This document shows positions 52,806 through 63,558 of a stretch of 64,000 nt of DNA, piece after piece. The notes beneath the pieces were generated by a model that saw only the letters and a program-made list of their open reading frames with translations, had not been told where the DNA came from and searched no databases. Source of the stretch: Verrucomicrobiales bacterium (GTDB taxonomy: Bacteria; Verrucomicrobiota; Verrucomicrobiia; Verrucomicrobiales; V1-33). The number at the start of each line of letters is the position of its first letter. Within the stretch, counting starts at the first letter, position 1. Location of the stretch: assembly GCA_031411295.1 (NCBI GenBank), contig JANOAV010000212.1:42214-106213 (forward strand). Reading direction: 5' to 3'. The position numbers and the translations under genes were made by a program.

Positions 52806-53454
52806 GCTTCCAGTAATGTTGCCCATCCCGATGGGAGATTTCCTCATGGGATCATCAGACAACGATCGTTTCGCGAATGCGACGGAGCGACCGTTGCACC
52901 GCGTTGAAATCACGCGCCCTGTTGCCGTCGCAGGGTTCCCTGTGGCCGAATCCCAGTGGGCGCAATTTGATCCTCGGGTTGCTCCGAGCGAGTTGCCGGT
53001 GGTCAATGTCAGCTGGGATGATGTTCAGGCGTATCTTGCGTGGCTGCGTCAGCAAACGAGCGAGCCGTTCCGTTTACTAACTGAATGCGAATGGGAATAC
53101 TGTTGCCGCGCGGGCACGACCACCGTCTTCCACACGGGCGACAACCTTGATCCCTCGCAGGGAAACTACCTTTACGACGAACATGGATTCAAAGTAGGCT
53201 GCGGTCATCGCACGCCGCCCGGAGCTTATCCAGCCAATGCCTTTGGGTTGGAATGCATGTCAGGAAATGTGTGCGAATGGGTGCAGGACGCCTGGCGACC
53301 AAACTACGCAACAGACCACGCGACCGCCACCCGGGTGATCCGTGGTGGGGCTTGGGATTACCTTCCCAGGCTGCTGCGCAGCGCATGGCGTGATGCTGCC
53401 CCATCAACTACTCGGCGCGACAATCTCGGTTTCCGCATCGCTTGTGATCTATGA
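52798..53454 (+). CDS. FGE/sulfatase-modifying-factor-fold protein lacking the FGE catalytic cysteines
   Basis: FLMGS, PVVNVSW, RLLTECEWEY, NAFGL..MSGNVCEW, RGGAW, GFR. Confidence 0.88.
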   Translation: MIELPVMLPIPMGDFLMGSSDNDRFANATERPLHRVEITRPVAVAGFPVAESQWAQFDPRVAPSELPVVNVSWDDVQAYLAWLRQQTSEPFRLLTECEWEYCCRAGTTTVFHTGDNLDPSQGNYLYDEHGFKVGCGHRTPPGAYPANAFGLECMSGNVCEWVQDAWRPNYATDHATATRVIRGGAWDYLPRLLRSAWRDAAPSTTRRDNLGFRIACDL

Positions 53455-54311
53455 ACTCCACTCCCTACTCCCCTCCTCCCCGCTTCATTTGGCCGAATGG
53501 AGCCCGCTGCGCGTTCATGCTGTGCTTTGACGTGGATGGCGAAACAACCGCGCTGGCAGAAGATCCCAAGTTGGTCTCGCGGCTCACGACAATGTCTCAA
53601 TGCGAATACGGCCCTAACGTGGGCGTGCCGCGTCTGCTGGGACTGTTGGATCACTTGCAAGTGCCCGCCACTTTCTTCGTCCCGTCTTACATCGCGCAAC
53701 ATCATCCCCGCATGATGGAGGCCATCCTTTCCCGCGGTCATGAAGTGGGAGCGCATGGTCATCTGCATGAGAAATTGGCGCATCTCTCGCCTGCGGAGGA
53801 ACGCGGCATTTTGGAGCAAAGCCTGACGATTCTGGAACAAGTCACTGGCCAGCGACCCGTCGGCTATCGTGCTCCCTGGTTTGAGATCAACCCAGGCACT
53901 CCTGATCTGCTGCAGGAATTTGGTTTCCATTACAACGCCAGCCTCATGGGTGACGACGTGCCATTCACGCATGCCAACGGACTCGTGGAAATCCCCGGCC
54001 AGTGGTTATTGGAGGACTGGGAACAGTTTGCCTTCAATGCCGAACCCGCCTGGGGATTCATTCCCGAAAATTGCGCCAAGGTCTTCGATCTCTGGTGGCG
54101 AGAGTTTGAAGCCATGCATGATTTCGGGTGCTGCTTCGTCCTAACGTTGCATCCCTGGCTTAGTGGCCGACCATCCCGCGTCAGACTACTGGAGGAAATC
54201 CTCACCAAAGCCCACGCCCGAGGTCACGTCTGGTTCGCCCGAGGCCGCGAAATTGCCAACTACGTGCGCCAACACCCCGAGGCCAGACAGGAGGTAAATT
54301 TTGATAGTTAG
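53451..54311 (+). CDS. Polysaccharide deacetylase family, PuuE/PgdA-like
   Basis: FDVDGE, EYGPNVGVPRLL, HEVGAHG..HE, GYRAP, LTLHP. Confidence 0.88.
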   Translation: MNSTPYSPPPRFIWPNGARCAFMLCFDVDGETTALAEDPKLVSRLTTMSQCEYGPNVGVPRLLGLLDHLQVPATFFVPSYIAQHHPRMMEAILSRGHEVGAHGHLHEKLAHLSPAEERGILEQSLTILEQVTGQRPVGYRAPWFEINPGTPDLLQEFGFHYNASLMGDDVPFTHANGLVEIPGQWLLEDWEQFAFNAEPAWGFIPENCAKVFDLWWREFEAMHDFGCCFVLTLHPWLSGRPSRVRLLEEILTKAHARGHVWFARGREIANYVRQHPEARQEVNFDS

Positions 54312-54314
54312 GGG

Positions 54315-54420
54315 TTGGTTCTTTGTCATTGGTTCTTGGTTATTAGTTTCTAGCCCCAATGACCAAGAAGGAATGACCAAGAACCAATAACTAATAACCA
54401 AGAACTAACAACCAATGACC
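54315..54420. repeat. Palindromic heptamer-repeat element, copy 2
   Basis: TTGGTTC-type x5, then ACCAAGA/ACCAATA-type units ending ACCAATG. Confidence 0.88.
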
Positions 54421-55239
54421 CCAATCTTCTACGTTTCCTGCTGGGCCAATGAAGTTGATCACCTGGGAGCCCTTGCACTGGCTTCCGCTTGGTCGGCGGA
54501 TGGCATTGAGGGGCCGGTGCCAACGGAGACCTGCGCAGCCGAGGCGTTGCGCGCCACCACATTACCTTGGATTGCAGAGATTCCCACGGGTGGAAACTAC
54601 GTGCCGCAGCCGCACCTGACCGTGGCGCAACATTTGGATGACTTGCGGCGGTTGGCTGAGGCGAGTCTGCCATTTTGTCCCGTGATGATCAATACACTGG
54701 CGGGCAGTGATGCCTGGTCGTTTCGCGAAATGATGGATTTTCATACCAGAGCGCTGGAGTTGGAGCAGGAGCTGAAAGTTCCCATTTCCTTTGAGACGCA
54801 TCGCAGCAGGCCCACCTTCAACCCGTGGATCACACGCGACCTCCTACTGGAACTGCCCGACCTGCATCTGACGTGCGATTTCAGCCACTGGTGTGTCGTC
54901 ACGGAGCGCTTGGTGATGGATGAAGAGGCGGAATTGCTGGAGTTGATTGCGACACGCGCACGGCACATTCATGCCCGCGTGGGGTATGAGCAAGGTCCGC
55001 AAGCGCCCGATCCTGACGCACCAGAATACACCGCGGCCACTGCGGCCCATGTGCGGTGGTGGCAGCGCATCATGCGCCAGCAAGCAACGATGGGAAAGGA
55101 GACCCTGAGCTTCACACCGGAATTCGGCCCGGATGGCTATCTGCAATGTGAGCCAATCACCCAGCGCCCGGTGGCAGACCTGCGGGAACTGAACCACAGC
55201 ATGATGCAGCGGTTACGGCATGTGATGCAGCAACCGTAA
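54415..55239 (+). CDS. Xylose-isomerase-like TIM barrel protein
   Basis: FETHRSR, DFSHWCVVTER, HIHARVG, TPEFGP. Confidence 0.8.
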   Translation: MTPIFYVSCWANEVDHLGALALASAWSADGIEGPVPTETCAAEALRATTLPWIAEIPTGGNYVPQPHLTVAQHLDDLRRLAEASLPFCPVMINTLAGSDAWSFREMMDFHTRALELEQELKVPISFETHRSRPTFNPWITRDLLLELPDLHLTCDFSHWCVVTERLVMDEEAELLELIATRARHIHARVGYEQGPQAPDPDAPEYTAATAAHVRWWQRIMRQQATMGKETLSFTPEFGPDGYLQCEPITQRPVADLRELNHSMMQRLRHVMQQP

Positions 55240-55288
55240 TCGTCATACGATTTTAGAAAATAATCATACGCATGGCCCGGTGGCTGCT
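55240..55288 (+). promoter_or_regulatory. Tandem TCATACG half-sites plus putative sigma-54 promoter
   Basis: TCATACG at 55243 and 55264 (21-bp period); TGGCCCGGTGGCTGC at 55273-55287 has GG-N10-GC. Confidence 0.6.
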
Positions 55289-55305
55289 ATGAATGGTGTT
55301 ACCAC

Positions 55306-55788
55306 ATGGCAACTCACCCGACAGACCCGCTCACCGCGCATCGCATCACCATCTCCCTTCCGGACGCGGTGTTCCGACAGTTTGAAGAATTGATGGAGGA
55401 ACGCGGTTTTCAGAATCGCTCCCAAGCCATCTCCGAGGTGCTCACCCAGCACATTTCCGACTACTACAGCCTGAAAGGAAGCCGCATGATGGCAGGCACC
55501 ATCACGTTGTTCTACGATCACAAGCGCTCCGGCTTGAAACAACAAATTGCCGACATTCAGCACGATCACATTCAGCATGTGATCAGTTCACTGCACGTGC
55601 TGCTCGAACGGGGCAACACGATGGAAGTCATCCTCGTGCAAGGCCCCGCCAAGCGCCTGCGGCAAATCGCCAATCAACTAATTGCCTGCAAGGGAGTCCT
55701 GGCGGGACGTCTAAACCTAACGCGCACGCTCATGCCGCCGATTCAAATGGAATCCGAAGAAGCAGCGCCCGAACCAACGATCAAGTAG
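55306..55788 (+). CDS. NikR-like ribbon-helix-helix/ACT regulator
   Basis: [33 protein letters not shown]...MEVILVQG. Confidence 0.88.
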   Translation: MATHPTDPLTAHRITISLPDAVFRQFEELMEERGFQNRSQAISEVLTQHISDYYSLKGSRMMAGTITLFYDHKRSGLKQQIADIQHDHIQHVISSLHVLLERGNTMEVILVQGPAKRLRQIANQLIACKGVLAGRLNLTRTLMPPIQMESEEAAPEPTIK

Positions 55789-55790
55789 CC

Positions 55791-56507
55791 ATGACCCCGC
55801 TCTACACTTTAGAACTCAACGGTTCCGGCCTCTGGTCGCGCATCATTGGTCGCCACAAAACCCTGCGCCTCACGGACCTCGAAGGCGGAGCCAACGTTGG
55901 CATGATGCTCTACCACGCGCCTGAACGCCACGAACGTTATAACATGCCGGATACGTTGAAGGGCCAGCACATTTTCTATCTGCGCGCCCCTTACTGTTTG
56001 CATTCCGACATGGGCCGGATGTTCGCTTCCATTACCGCAGACTCCGTTGGCTGGCATGACACGGTCTGTGGCGCAGGCGATGCCGAGTCGGTGCTGACGA
56101 AATATGGTCGCAAAACGTTTCAAGAAGCTCGCAATGAATTTCATCGCAATGCGCGCGACTGCTTCTTGATTGAACTGGCGAAGTGGGGCTTGGGCGAGCG
56201 CGACCTGATGCCGAACCTGAACTGGTTCAGCAAAGTGGTGGCTGATGATGCTGGGAAATTGAGTTTCGTCCCGGGCAATTCCAAGGCCGGAGACTTCGTC
56301 GAGTTGCGCTTTGAAATGGATACCCTGGTGGTGCTCAATACTTGCCAGCACCCGCTGGATCCCGATTCGATCTACCATCCGAGACGCGTAAAGCTCGAGG
56401 TTATGGCTTCGCAGCCCCCGCCAGAAAATGATCCCAGCCTCATGGTGCGACCAGAAAACGGGCGCGCCTATCGCAACACGCAAGATTACTACCTGCTCGC
56501 CCAATGA
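55791..56507 (+). CDS. cgdA: Urea-carboxylase-associated protein 2 (DUF1989), carboxyguanidine deiminase subunit
   Basis: [39 protein letters not shown]. Confidence 0.88.
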   Translation: MTPLYTLELNGSGLWSRIIGRHKTLRLTDLEGGANVGMMLYHAPERHERYNMPDTLKGQHIFYLRAPYCLHSDMGRMFASITADSVGWHDTVCGAGDAESVLTKYGRKTFQEARNEFHRNARDCFLIELAKWGLGERDLMPNLNWFSKVVADDAGKLSFVPGNSKAGDFVELRFEMDTLVVLNTCQHPLDPDSIYHPRRVKLEVMASQPPPENDPSLMVRPENGRAYRNTQDYYLLAQ

Positions 56508-57136
56508 TAACTTCCATCTTCCTACCAGCTACCGCCGTGCATGATGAAACCGTGCTCGCAGGCGATCATTGGCTGCATTTGATCAAAGCCGGGCAAACCT
56601 TTCGCATCGAAGATGTGGCAGGGAATCAGGCGGCTGACACCTTGTTTTACAATGCGCACGATCCGCTGGAACGCTACAGCGCCAGTGATACGATCCGCCA
56701 TCAGGCCTCGCTCTATTTGACCACCGGCACCAAACTCATGTCCACACGGGGTCGCCCGCTCCTAACTATTACTGCGGACACTTGTGGTCGCCACGACACC
56801 CTCGGTGGAGCCTGCTCCCGAGAGAGCAATGTCATGCGCTACGCCTTCGACAAGGAGCCCATGCATGCCTGCTGCGATAGTTTCATCCGCGGCATTCAAG
56901 GCTGGCATCAGGATTTGGGGAAACGTGATCTCACCTGCAACATCAATTTCTTCATGAACGTCCCCGTCACTCCCGACGGCCAACTCAGCTTTGCCGATGG
57001 CGTTTCCGGTCCAGGTCGCTACGTGGAAATGAAGGCCGAGATGGATGTCATGTGCCTCATCTCCAACTGCCCGCAGTTGAACAACCCGTGCAATGCTTAC
57101 AACCCCACGCCGGTGCGCGTGCTCATCTGGAACTGA
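56504..57136 (+). CDS. cgdB: Urea-carboxylase-associated protein 1 (DUF1989), carboxyguanidine deiminase subunit
   Basis: [43 protein letters not shown]. Confidence 0.9.
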   Translation: MITSIFLPATAVHDETVLAGDHWLHLIKAGQTFRIEDVAGNQAADTLFYNAHDPLERYSASDTIRHQASLYLTTGTKLMSTRGRPLLTITADTCGRHDTLGGACSRESNVMRYAFDKEPMHACCDSFIRGIQGWHQDLGKRDLTCNINFFMNVPVTPDGQLSFADGVSGPGRYVEMKAEMDVMCLISNCPQLNNPCNAYNPTPVRVLIWN

Positions 57137-57139
57137 CCT

Positions 57140-60100
57140 ATGTTTACCAAAGTGCTTATCGCTAATCGCGGTGAAATCGCCTGCCGCATCATGCGCACCT
57201 TGCGTGATCTTGGTGTTCAATCTGTGGCTGTCTATTCCGAGGCGGATCGTGATGCTCCCCATGTAGCCATGGCGGATGAGGCGTATTTGTTGGGGCCGGC
57301 ACCAGTGGCAGAGAGTTATATTAACCAACCACGCTTATTGGAAGTGGCTGCGATCTCTGGAGCCCAGGCCGTCCATCCCGGTTATGGCTTGCTGAGTGAG
57401 AATCCAGACTTTGCCGAAGCCTGTGAGGCGGCCGGGTTGGCTTTCATTGGGCCCACGCCCGAGCAAATGCGGGCCTTTGGTTTGAAGCACACGGCCCGCG
57501 AGCGCGCGTTAGCTTGCAACGTGCCGTTGGTGCCAGGTTCCGGTTTGCTCAGTGCCGTGGATGAAGCGGTGATCGAAGCGGTTAAGATAGGATTTCCCGT
57601 AATGTTGAAGAGCACCGCTGGCGGTGGTGGGATTGGCATGAAGCGCTGTGACGATGCGCAATCTCTGCGCGCTGCCTTCGCCACCGTGGTGCGGCAGGGC
57701 AAGAGCAGCTTTGGTGACGGCGGGGTGTTTGTGGAGAAACTGGTGGTCAATGCGCGGCATGTGGAGGTGCAAATTTTTGGTGATGGCCATGGCCACGTTG
57801 TGGCGTTAGGAGAACGTGATTGTTCCACGCAGCGGCGGAATCAAAAGATCATTGAGGAAACCCCTGCACCCAATATTTCAGGGGTCACCCGTCAGGCGTT
57901 GTGGGATTGTGCCGTGCGGTTAGGGAAGTCGGTAAACTACCGTTCTGCGGGCACCGTGGAGTTTGTCTATGATGCCGACACGGATCAATTCTATTTCCTC
58001 GAAGTGAACACACGCCTGCAAGTCGAGCACACCGTGACCGAATGCGTGACCGGCTTGGATCTTGTCGCTTGGATGGTGCGCACCGCTGCGGGAGAAGACA
58101 TTGGTTTGGCTGACTACACACCTGCGCCACAGGGATTCGCCATGCAGGTGCGCGTCTATGCGGAAGATCCGCACAAAGATTTCCAACCCAGTTGTGGCAG
58201 GCTCACCTGCGTGCAACTGCCAGCCAGTGCCCGCTGCGACGGATGGGTGAGTGCAGGCACCGAGGTGACCCCCTACTACGATCCTCTGCTCACCAAGATC
58301 ATTGTCCAAGGCGATACCAGAGCGGCCGCCATTGCCAAGCTGCAGCAAGCGTTGGATGACACGCGACTGGATGGCATCGAAACCAATCTGGGCTATCTGC
58401 GGCAGATCATTCGCGATCCACTGTTCACCGAAGGACGCATCACGACCCAAGCCCTGGCGACGAAATTTCAGTATCGTCCCCGCACCATCGATGTGCTTTC
58501 TCCTGGCGTGCAAACGACGGTGCAAGATTACCCCGGACGGGTCGGCTATTGGGAAATTGGGGTGCCTCCCTCAGGTGCCATGGACCCGCTGGCACTGCGC
58601 ATGGGGAATCGATTATTAGGAAACGCCCCAGATGCCGCCAGTCTCGAGATCACCCTGGCCGGCCCCACCCTGCGATTCAATGCCGCCACGACAATTTGCC
58701 TAACCGGAGCCGCATTGACCGCTGAACTCGACGGTGTGTCCGTTCCCTTTTGGAAACCAATCACCATTTCCGCAGGGCAAGTGCTCAAGCTGGGAAGAAC
58801 TACTGGCAACGGCTGCAGAGCTTATCTAGCCGTGCTTGGCGGTCTCGACGTCCCCCTCTACTTGGGCAGTCGATCCACGTTCACCCTCGGAAATTTTGGC
58901 GGCCACGGCGGACGTGCCTTGCAAGTCGGAGATGTGTTGGCGATCGGTCATCGGTCATCGGTTATTAGTCCTTGGTCATTGGAAACTGGTGCTTTGCATG
59001 ACCTCCACCCATTAGCCCAGAACCAAGAACTAGGAACCAATAACCAAGAACCAACCACCATCAAAGTGATCTACGGTCCGCATGGCGCGGCTGACTTTTT
59101 CACCGATGCAGACATCGCGATGTTCTTCAGCACGGAATGGGAAGTGCATTACAATTCCGCGCGCACCGGCGTGCGCTTGATCGGACCGAAACCGCAGTGG
59201 GCGCGGACGGACGGAGGGGAGGCGGGATTGCATCCGTCGAATATTCATGACAACGCCTATGCCATTGGCTCGATTGATTTCACGGGTGACATGCCGATCA
59301 TTCTAGGGCCCGATGGGCCGAGTCTGGGGGGATTTGTTTGTCCTGCCGTCGTGGCTTATGCTGAACTGTGGAAAGTAGGTCAGTTACGACCCGGCGATAA
59401 GGTGCAATTTCTCCCGATCACACTCGAACATGCGGAGGCGCTGGAAGCCCGGATGGAGCAGGCCTTGGCAGATGGGAAGGTAGTTCCTGAGCCGAGCTTG
59501 ACTGCAGTTACTTTGGACGCAGTGCGGCAGCGCCTGCCTGCCACCACGGCCCGACCGGAAGTGGTGTTCCGACCTGCGGGAGATCGCAATTTATTGATCG
59601 AATTTGGACCACTGGTCTTGGATATTGCGCTGCGATTCTGGGTGCATGCCGTTTACCTGAAGCTGCAGGAAATGCAACATCCGGGCATCATGGATCTCAC
59701 GCCTGGGATCCGTTCCTTGCAGGTGCATATCGATGGAACGCATCTGAAATTGGCCGCTGCAGAGCAACTGATCATGCAGTTGATCGAGTCGCTGGATGAC
59801 GTGGAACATTTGGCAGTGCCCTCGCGCATCGTGCATCTGCCCTTGTCTTGGGACGATCCGCAGACGCAATTGGCGATTGATAAATACATGCAATCCGTCC
59901 GACCCGATGCCCCGTGGTGCCCCAGTAACATTGAGTTCATTCGACGGATCAACGGGCTGTCGGATGCGCAAGCGGTGCAGGGTATTGTGACCGCAGCGAA
60001 CTATCTCGTGATGGGTTTGGGCGATGTTTATCTTGGGGCTCCGGTGGCCACACCGTTGGATCCGCGGCATCGCCTCGTCACCACCAAATACAATCCCGCG

Positions 60101-60769
60101 CGGACTTGGACGCCAGAGAACGCCGTGGGCATTGGTGGAGCATACATGTGCATCTACGGCATGGAAGGCCCGGGCGGCTATCAGTTTGTGGGCCGCACGA
60201 TTCAAATGTGGAATCGAGATCGCGTCACGGATGTCTTCACGGAAGGAAAGCCGTGGCTGCTCAGGCTGTTCGATCAGGTGAAATTTTATCTCGTGAGCGC
60301 AGAGGAATTGATGGAAATGAGACGAGAGTTTCCGGCCGGTCGTTTCACGCCAAAAATCGAGACCAGCACGTTCAAACTCAGTGATTACCTTGAGTTCCTG
60401 GACGCGGAGCACGAGAGCATTGCCACCTTCCGCACCATGCAACGCGAGGCCTTTGCCGCCGAACGCGAACGCTGGCGGGTGGCTGGATTGGACGTTTCGG
60501 AATCCGCTGTGAGCATCGCCACCGCAGAGACAGCGATCACCATTCCGGATGGCCACGAAGCCGTGGTTAGTCAAGTCAGCGGCAGTGTGTGGAAGCTGCA
60601 AGTGAAGGAAGGCGATCTCGTTGCCGAAGGGCAAACCGTGGCCATCGTTGAAGCCATGAAAATGGAAATCCAAGTGCCCAGCACCGCCGCCGGCAAGGTG
60701 GCGGCCCTGCACGTCAAAGAAGGCCAATCGGTCACGCCAGGACAGACTTTAATCACGGTGCAATCATGA
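57140..60769 (+). CDS. uca: Urea/guanidine carboxylase
   Basis: IANRGEIA biotin carboxylase domain; [21 protein letters not shown] carboxyltransferase domain; EAMKME biotin site. Confidence 0.96.
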   Translation: MFTKVLIANRGEIACRIMRTLRDLGVQSVAVYSEADRDAPHVAMADEAYLLGPAPVAESYINQPRLLEVAAISGAQAVHPGYGLLSENPDFAEACEAAGLAFIGPTPEQMRAFGLKHTARERALACNVPLVPGSGLLSAVDEAVIEAVKIGFPVMLKSTAGGGGIGMKRCDDAQSLRAAFATVVRQGKSSFGDGGVFVEKLVVNARHVEVQIFGDGHGHVVALGERDCSTQRRNQKIIEETPAPNISGVTRQALWDCAVRLGKSVNYRSAGTVEFVYDADTDQFYFLEVNTRLQVEHTVTECVTGLDLVAWMVRTAAGEDIGLADYTPAPQGFAMQVRVYAEDPHKDFQPSCGRLTCVQLPASARCDGWVSAGTEVTPYYDPLLTKIIVQGDTRAAAIAKLQQALDDTRLDGIETNLGYLRQIIRDPLFTEGRITTQALATKFQYRPRTIDVLSPGVQTTVQDYPGRVGYWEIGVPPSGAMDPLALRMGNRLLGNAPDAASLEITLAGPTLRFNAATTICLTGAALTAELDGVSVPFWKPITISAGQVLKLGRTTGNGCRAYLAVLGGLDVPLYLGSRSTFTLGNFGGHGGRALQVGDVLAIGHRSSVISPWSLETGALHDLHPLAQNQELGTNNQEPTTIKVIYGPHGAADFFTDADIAMFFSTEWEVHYNSARTGVRLIGPKPQWARTDGGEAGLHPSNIHDNAYAIGSIDFTGDMPIILGPDGPSLGGFVCPAVVAYAELWKVGQLRPGDKVQFLPITLEHAEALEARMEQALADGKVVPEPSLTAVTLDAVRQRLPATTARPEVVFRPAGDRNLLIEFGPLVLDIALRFWVHAVYLKLQEMQHPGIMDLTPGIRSLQVHIDGTHLKLAAAEQLIMQLIESLDDVEHLAVPSRIVHLPLSWDDPQTQLAIDKYMQSVRPDAPWCPSNIEFIRRINGLSDAQAVQGIVTAANYLVMGLGDVYLGAPVATPLDPRHRLVTTKYNPARTWTPENAVGIGGAYMCIYGMEGPGGYQFVGRTIQMWNRDRVTDVFTEGKPWLLRLFDQVKFYLVSAEELMEMRREFPAGRFTPKIETSTFKLSDYLEFLDAEHESIATFRTMQREAFAAERERWRVAGLDVSESAVSIATAETAITIPDGHEAVVSQVSGSVWKLQVKEGDLVAEGQTVAIVEAMKMEIQVPSTAAGKVAALHVKEGQSVTPGQTLITVQS
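58943..59060. repeat. Palindromic heptamer-repeat element, copy 3, in frame inside uca
   Basis: ATCGGTC ATCGGTC ATCGGTT ATTAGTC CTTGGTC ATTGG...ACCAAGA ACTAGGA ACCAATA ACCAAGA ACCAACC. Confidence 0.85.
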
Positions 60770-62556
60770 TCCCTAACCTTGGAATAACCGCCCTCTTGGA
60801 GGCCTATCGCGCTGGAGTTACCACCCCGCAGCAAGTCGTGCTGGAGGCCTGGCAGCGGGCCGCGGAGGCCGATCCCGCCATTTGGATCAGTCGGCCCACC
60901 GAGGCTCAACTTCGCGCGGCATTGGCTGCGTTGGAAGGTGAATCGCCTGACACGAAGCCACTCTATGGCATTCCGTTTGCCATCAAAGATAACATTGATT
61001 GCCAAGGCTATCCCACCACGGCAGCCTGCCCGGCCTGGAGTTACGAGCCAGCAAAATCTGCCTTCGTTGTGCAGCAGTTAATTAACGCGGGGGCCATTCC
61101 CATGGGGAAAACGAACCTTGATCAATTCGCCACCGGCCTCGTCGGCGTGCGTTCTCCGTATGGCGTGCCGTCCAATGCCTTTCATCCAGACTACATTTCC
61201 GGCGGCAGCAGCAGCGGCTCGTCCGTGGCCGTGGCGCTCGGATTGTGCAGCTTCGCGTTAGGCACCGACACCGCAGGCTCCGGTCGGGTGCCGGCTTCCT
61301 TTAACAACCTCATTGGCCTGAAGCCCACGCGCGGCTTGCTGAGTTGTTCCGGCGTGGTCCCGGCGTGCCGCACGCTGGATTGTGTTTCTATTTTCACGCT
61401 TACCGCAGCGGATGCCGCGCAAGTGCTGAAAGTAGCGGCCGTCTATGATGCTGCGGACAGTTATGCCCGTGAAATTGCACCCAGAACCCATCGCGAGGAC
61501 GTGCCCCGCATCGGTATTCCCATGGCTGGGCAGTTGGATTTCCTGGGAGATCGCGATGCCGAATGCCTCTATGCCTCCGCACTGGAAACCTGCTCGCAAC
61601 TTGGTTGGCAGCTCGTCGAAATTGACCTCAACCCATTTCTCGAAGCCGCTCGCCTGCTCTATGAAGGCCCTTGGGTGGCCGAACGCACGACCGTCATCCA
61701 AGAACTGCTGACAAGTAATCCGGAAGCGCTGCTGCCCGTCACCCGCCAGATCATTGCTGGTGGCTTGAAGGGCACGGCGGTCGCGGCATTTACCGCACAG
61801 TATCGCCTCGCGGAACTCAAGCGCACGACTGAGCCTAACTGGAACAATATCGACGCGTTACTGCTACCCACCGCCGCCACTTGCTATACCAAAGCAGCCC
61901 TGGCAGCCGAACCCATTGCGCTCAACAGCAACCTTGGGCGCTACACCAATTTCATGAACCTGCTGGACCTATGCGGCTGCGCGGTTCCCGCGGGGTTTAC
62001 CGCCAATGGAGTTCCCTGGGGCATCACCTTCTGCGCCCCGGCTGCCGACGATGCGCTAATGCTTGACTACGTCGGACGTTTCCACCAAGCCGTGAAGCTG
62101 CCGTTAGGAAAAACCACGCAACTCAGCAACGAAGTCTCATTGCCCCCGGCACCACCCATCACTCCAACCATCAAGTTGGCCGTCTGCGGAGCCCACCTGG
62201 AAGGCCTTGCGCTGCATTGGCAATTGAAGGATCGCCAAGCGCGCCTCATCGCTCGCACCCAAAGCGCCCCTTGCTATAAACTCTATTTGCTCCCCGGCCA
62301 CGGCCCCATCCCCGACCGCCCCGGCATGATTCGCGTCAGCACGGATGGCGCATCCATCGCCTTGGAAACTTGGGAAATCCCCCAAGCAACACTGGGCTCC
62401 TTCCTCGCAGGCATAGCCGCTCCACTGGGCCTGGGCCGAGTTGAGCTGGCGGACGGCAGCCAAGTTTGTGGCTTCATCTGCGAAGGTCACGCCGCACACA
62501 CCGCTCAGGACATCACCTCCTACGGCGGATGGCGCGCGTGGCTGGCGCGCGCGTAG
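60766..62556 (+). CDS. atzF: Allophanate hydrolase
   Basis: [42 protein letters not shown]-terminal AVCGAHL...GGWRAW. Confidence 0.96.
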   Translation: MIPNLGITALLEAYRAGVTTPQQVVLEAWQRAAEADPAIWISRPTEAQLRAALAALEGESPDTKPLYGIPFAIKDNIDCQGYPTTAACPAWSYEPAKSAFVVQQLINAGAIPMGKTNLDQFATGLVGVRSPYGVPSNAFHPDYISGGSSSGSSVAVALGLCSFALGTDTAGSGRVPASFNNLIGLKPTRGLLSCSGVVPACRTLDCVSIFTLTAADAAQVLKVAAVYDAADSYAREIAPRTHREDVPRIGIPMAGQLDFLGDRDAECLYASALETCSQLGWQLVEIDLNPFLEAARLLYEGPWVAERTTVIQELLTSNPEALLPVTRQIIAGGLKGTAVAAFTAQYRLAELKRTTEPNWNNIDALLLPTAATCYTKAALAAEPIALNSNLGRYTNFMNLLDLCGCAVPAGFTANGVPWGITFCAPAADDALMLDYVGRFHQAVKLPLGKTTQLSNEVSLPPAPPITPTIKLAVCGAHLEGLALHWQLKDRQARLIARTQSAPCYKLYLLPGHGPIPDRPGMIRVSTDGASIALETWEIPQATLGSFLAGIAAPLGLGRVELADGSQVCGFICEGHAAHTAQDITSYGGWRAWLARA

Positions 62557-62880
62557 GATTGCCTGGACTACTTGCATTCTAACGGATCTAACGACAGCTT
62601 TCACTGATGCATGAAACGATCGTTGCCAGCTTGAAAGCTTTGGAAAAAGAACGGGGATTCTTGAATTTGTCCGCCTCAAACAAGCTGCCACGAAAAAGGA
62701 TGCCCTGCCAGTCAGCCCCGTCCTGCGTGAATTCCTCGCCACCATGCAGGGCGATTGTCTTGCTACCGCCGCAGTCCTCAGCCACCCGGAACCAGACCTT
62801 GCACCATTGAATCACTTGCTCCTGGCAACGTTGCATGACGGGGGCGGGAGTTGATTTCCCGTTCGTTCCCCGATCAATTA

Positions 62881-63417
62881 CTAGCAGATAGTATATTGGT
62901 CTGGATCCAGTAGCAGCGGCCGCGCTGAATTTGGAGCATCCTCCTTGGCGACCTTGGCTTTATGATCAAACAGGGCGTAGAGTTTGTCCCAGAAGTCGCC
63001 CCCAAGCACAAACAAGCCCGCAACGAAAATGCCATCACTAACGAGTCTTGCCTGCCATCGCAGGGGCGAACCATCCGGCAACCACTCCGGCTGGTAGGCT
63101 TGCAGATAGGTAGGGAGAAGCGGCACGCAAAGCATCGCCAGGCCAAGGTTATGGCGGAGTTTACTGACGCCACCGGCTGGCTTGATGCGCCCGACTACCG
63201 AGAACGCGAGCGCTTTAAATCGCGCGAAATTTTCCTTCCCCATCAGCGCAGCTCCGATCAGCGTGCCTACCTCCGGCGCGAAAAACAACACGCCCCAGAG
63301 GGTCGCCTTGAAGGAAGCCGACCAGGGCATCCAGGCGATCCAGGCGCTGGTAAAAAATAGCAGATTGCCCCCAAGGGCAAAGGCGATACCGAGTTTCAGA
63401 CGGGTGTTTGCACTCAT
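62881..63417 (-). CDS. Membrane protein ('transporter suffix domain'-like)
   Basis: Four TM segments, MGKENF, FVLGGDFWDKL.ALF. Confidence 0.7.
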   Translation of the reverse strand: MSANTRLKLGIAFALGGNLLFFTSAWIAWMPWSASFKATLWGVLFFAPEVGTLIGAALMGKENFARFKALAFSVVGRIKPAGGVSKLRHNLGLAMLCVPLLPTYLQAYQPEWLPDGSPLRWQARLVSDGIFVAGLFVLGGDFWDKLYALFDHKAKVAKEDAPNSARPLLLDPDQYTIC

Positions 63418-63558
63418 TGGACCTGATGCGGCCTCTGCTCCGAGGATGCAAGTCCACGGGCAGAGAATTATGCCGTAGGCCACGCGAAACCGACGGCTTC
63501 CAAGCAAGAACTGACGCTGGCGGGTTGTGATTTTTGAAACCAAACTGTCTCACAGGCC

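Noticed and set aside
52798..53454. True formylglycine-generating enzyme or OvoA/EgtB partner of the 35.5-kb methyltransferase
   Set aside because: It lacks the catalytic Cys pair and the DinB-like domain, and lies 16 kb away in another operon
50314..59060. Heptamer arrays as CRISPR repeats
   Set aside because: Units are 7 bp in tandem with no unique spacers, and there are no cas genes
62588..62836. 82-aa ORF with an AraC-like SFSKAFK snippet
   Set aside because: The match is too short and the rest of the HTH is not recognisable
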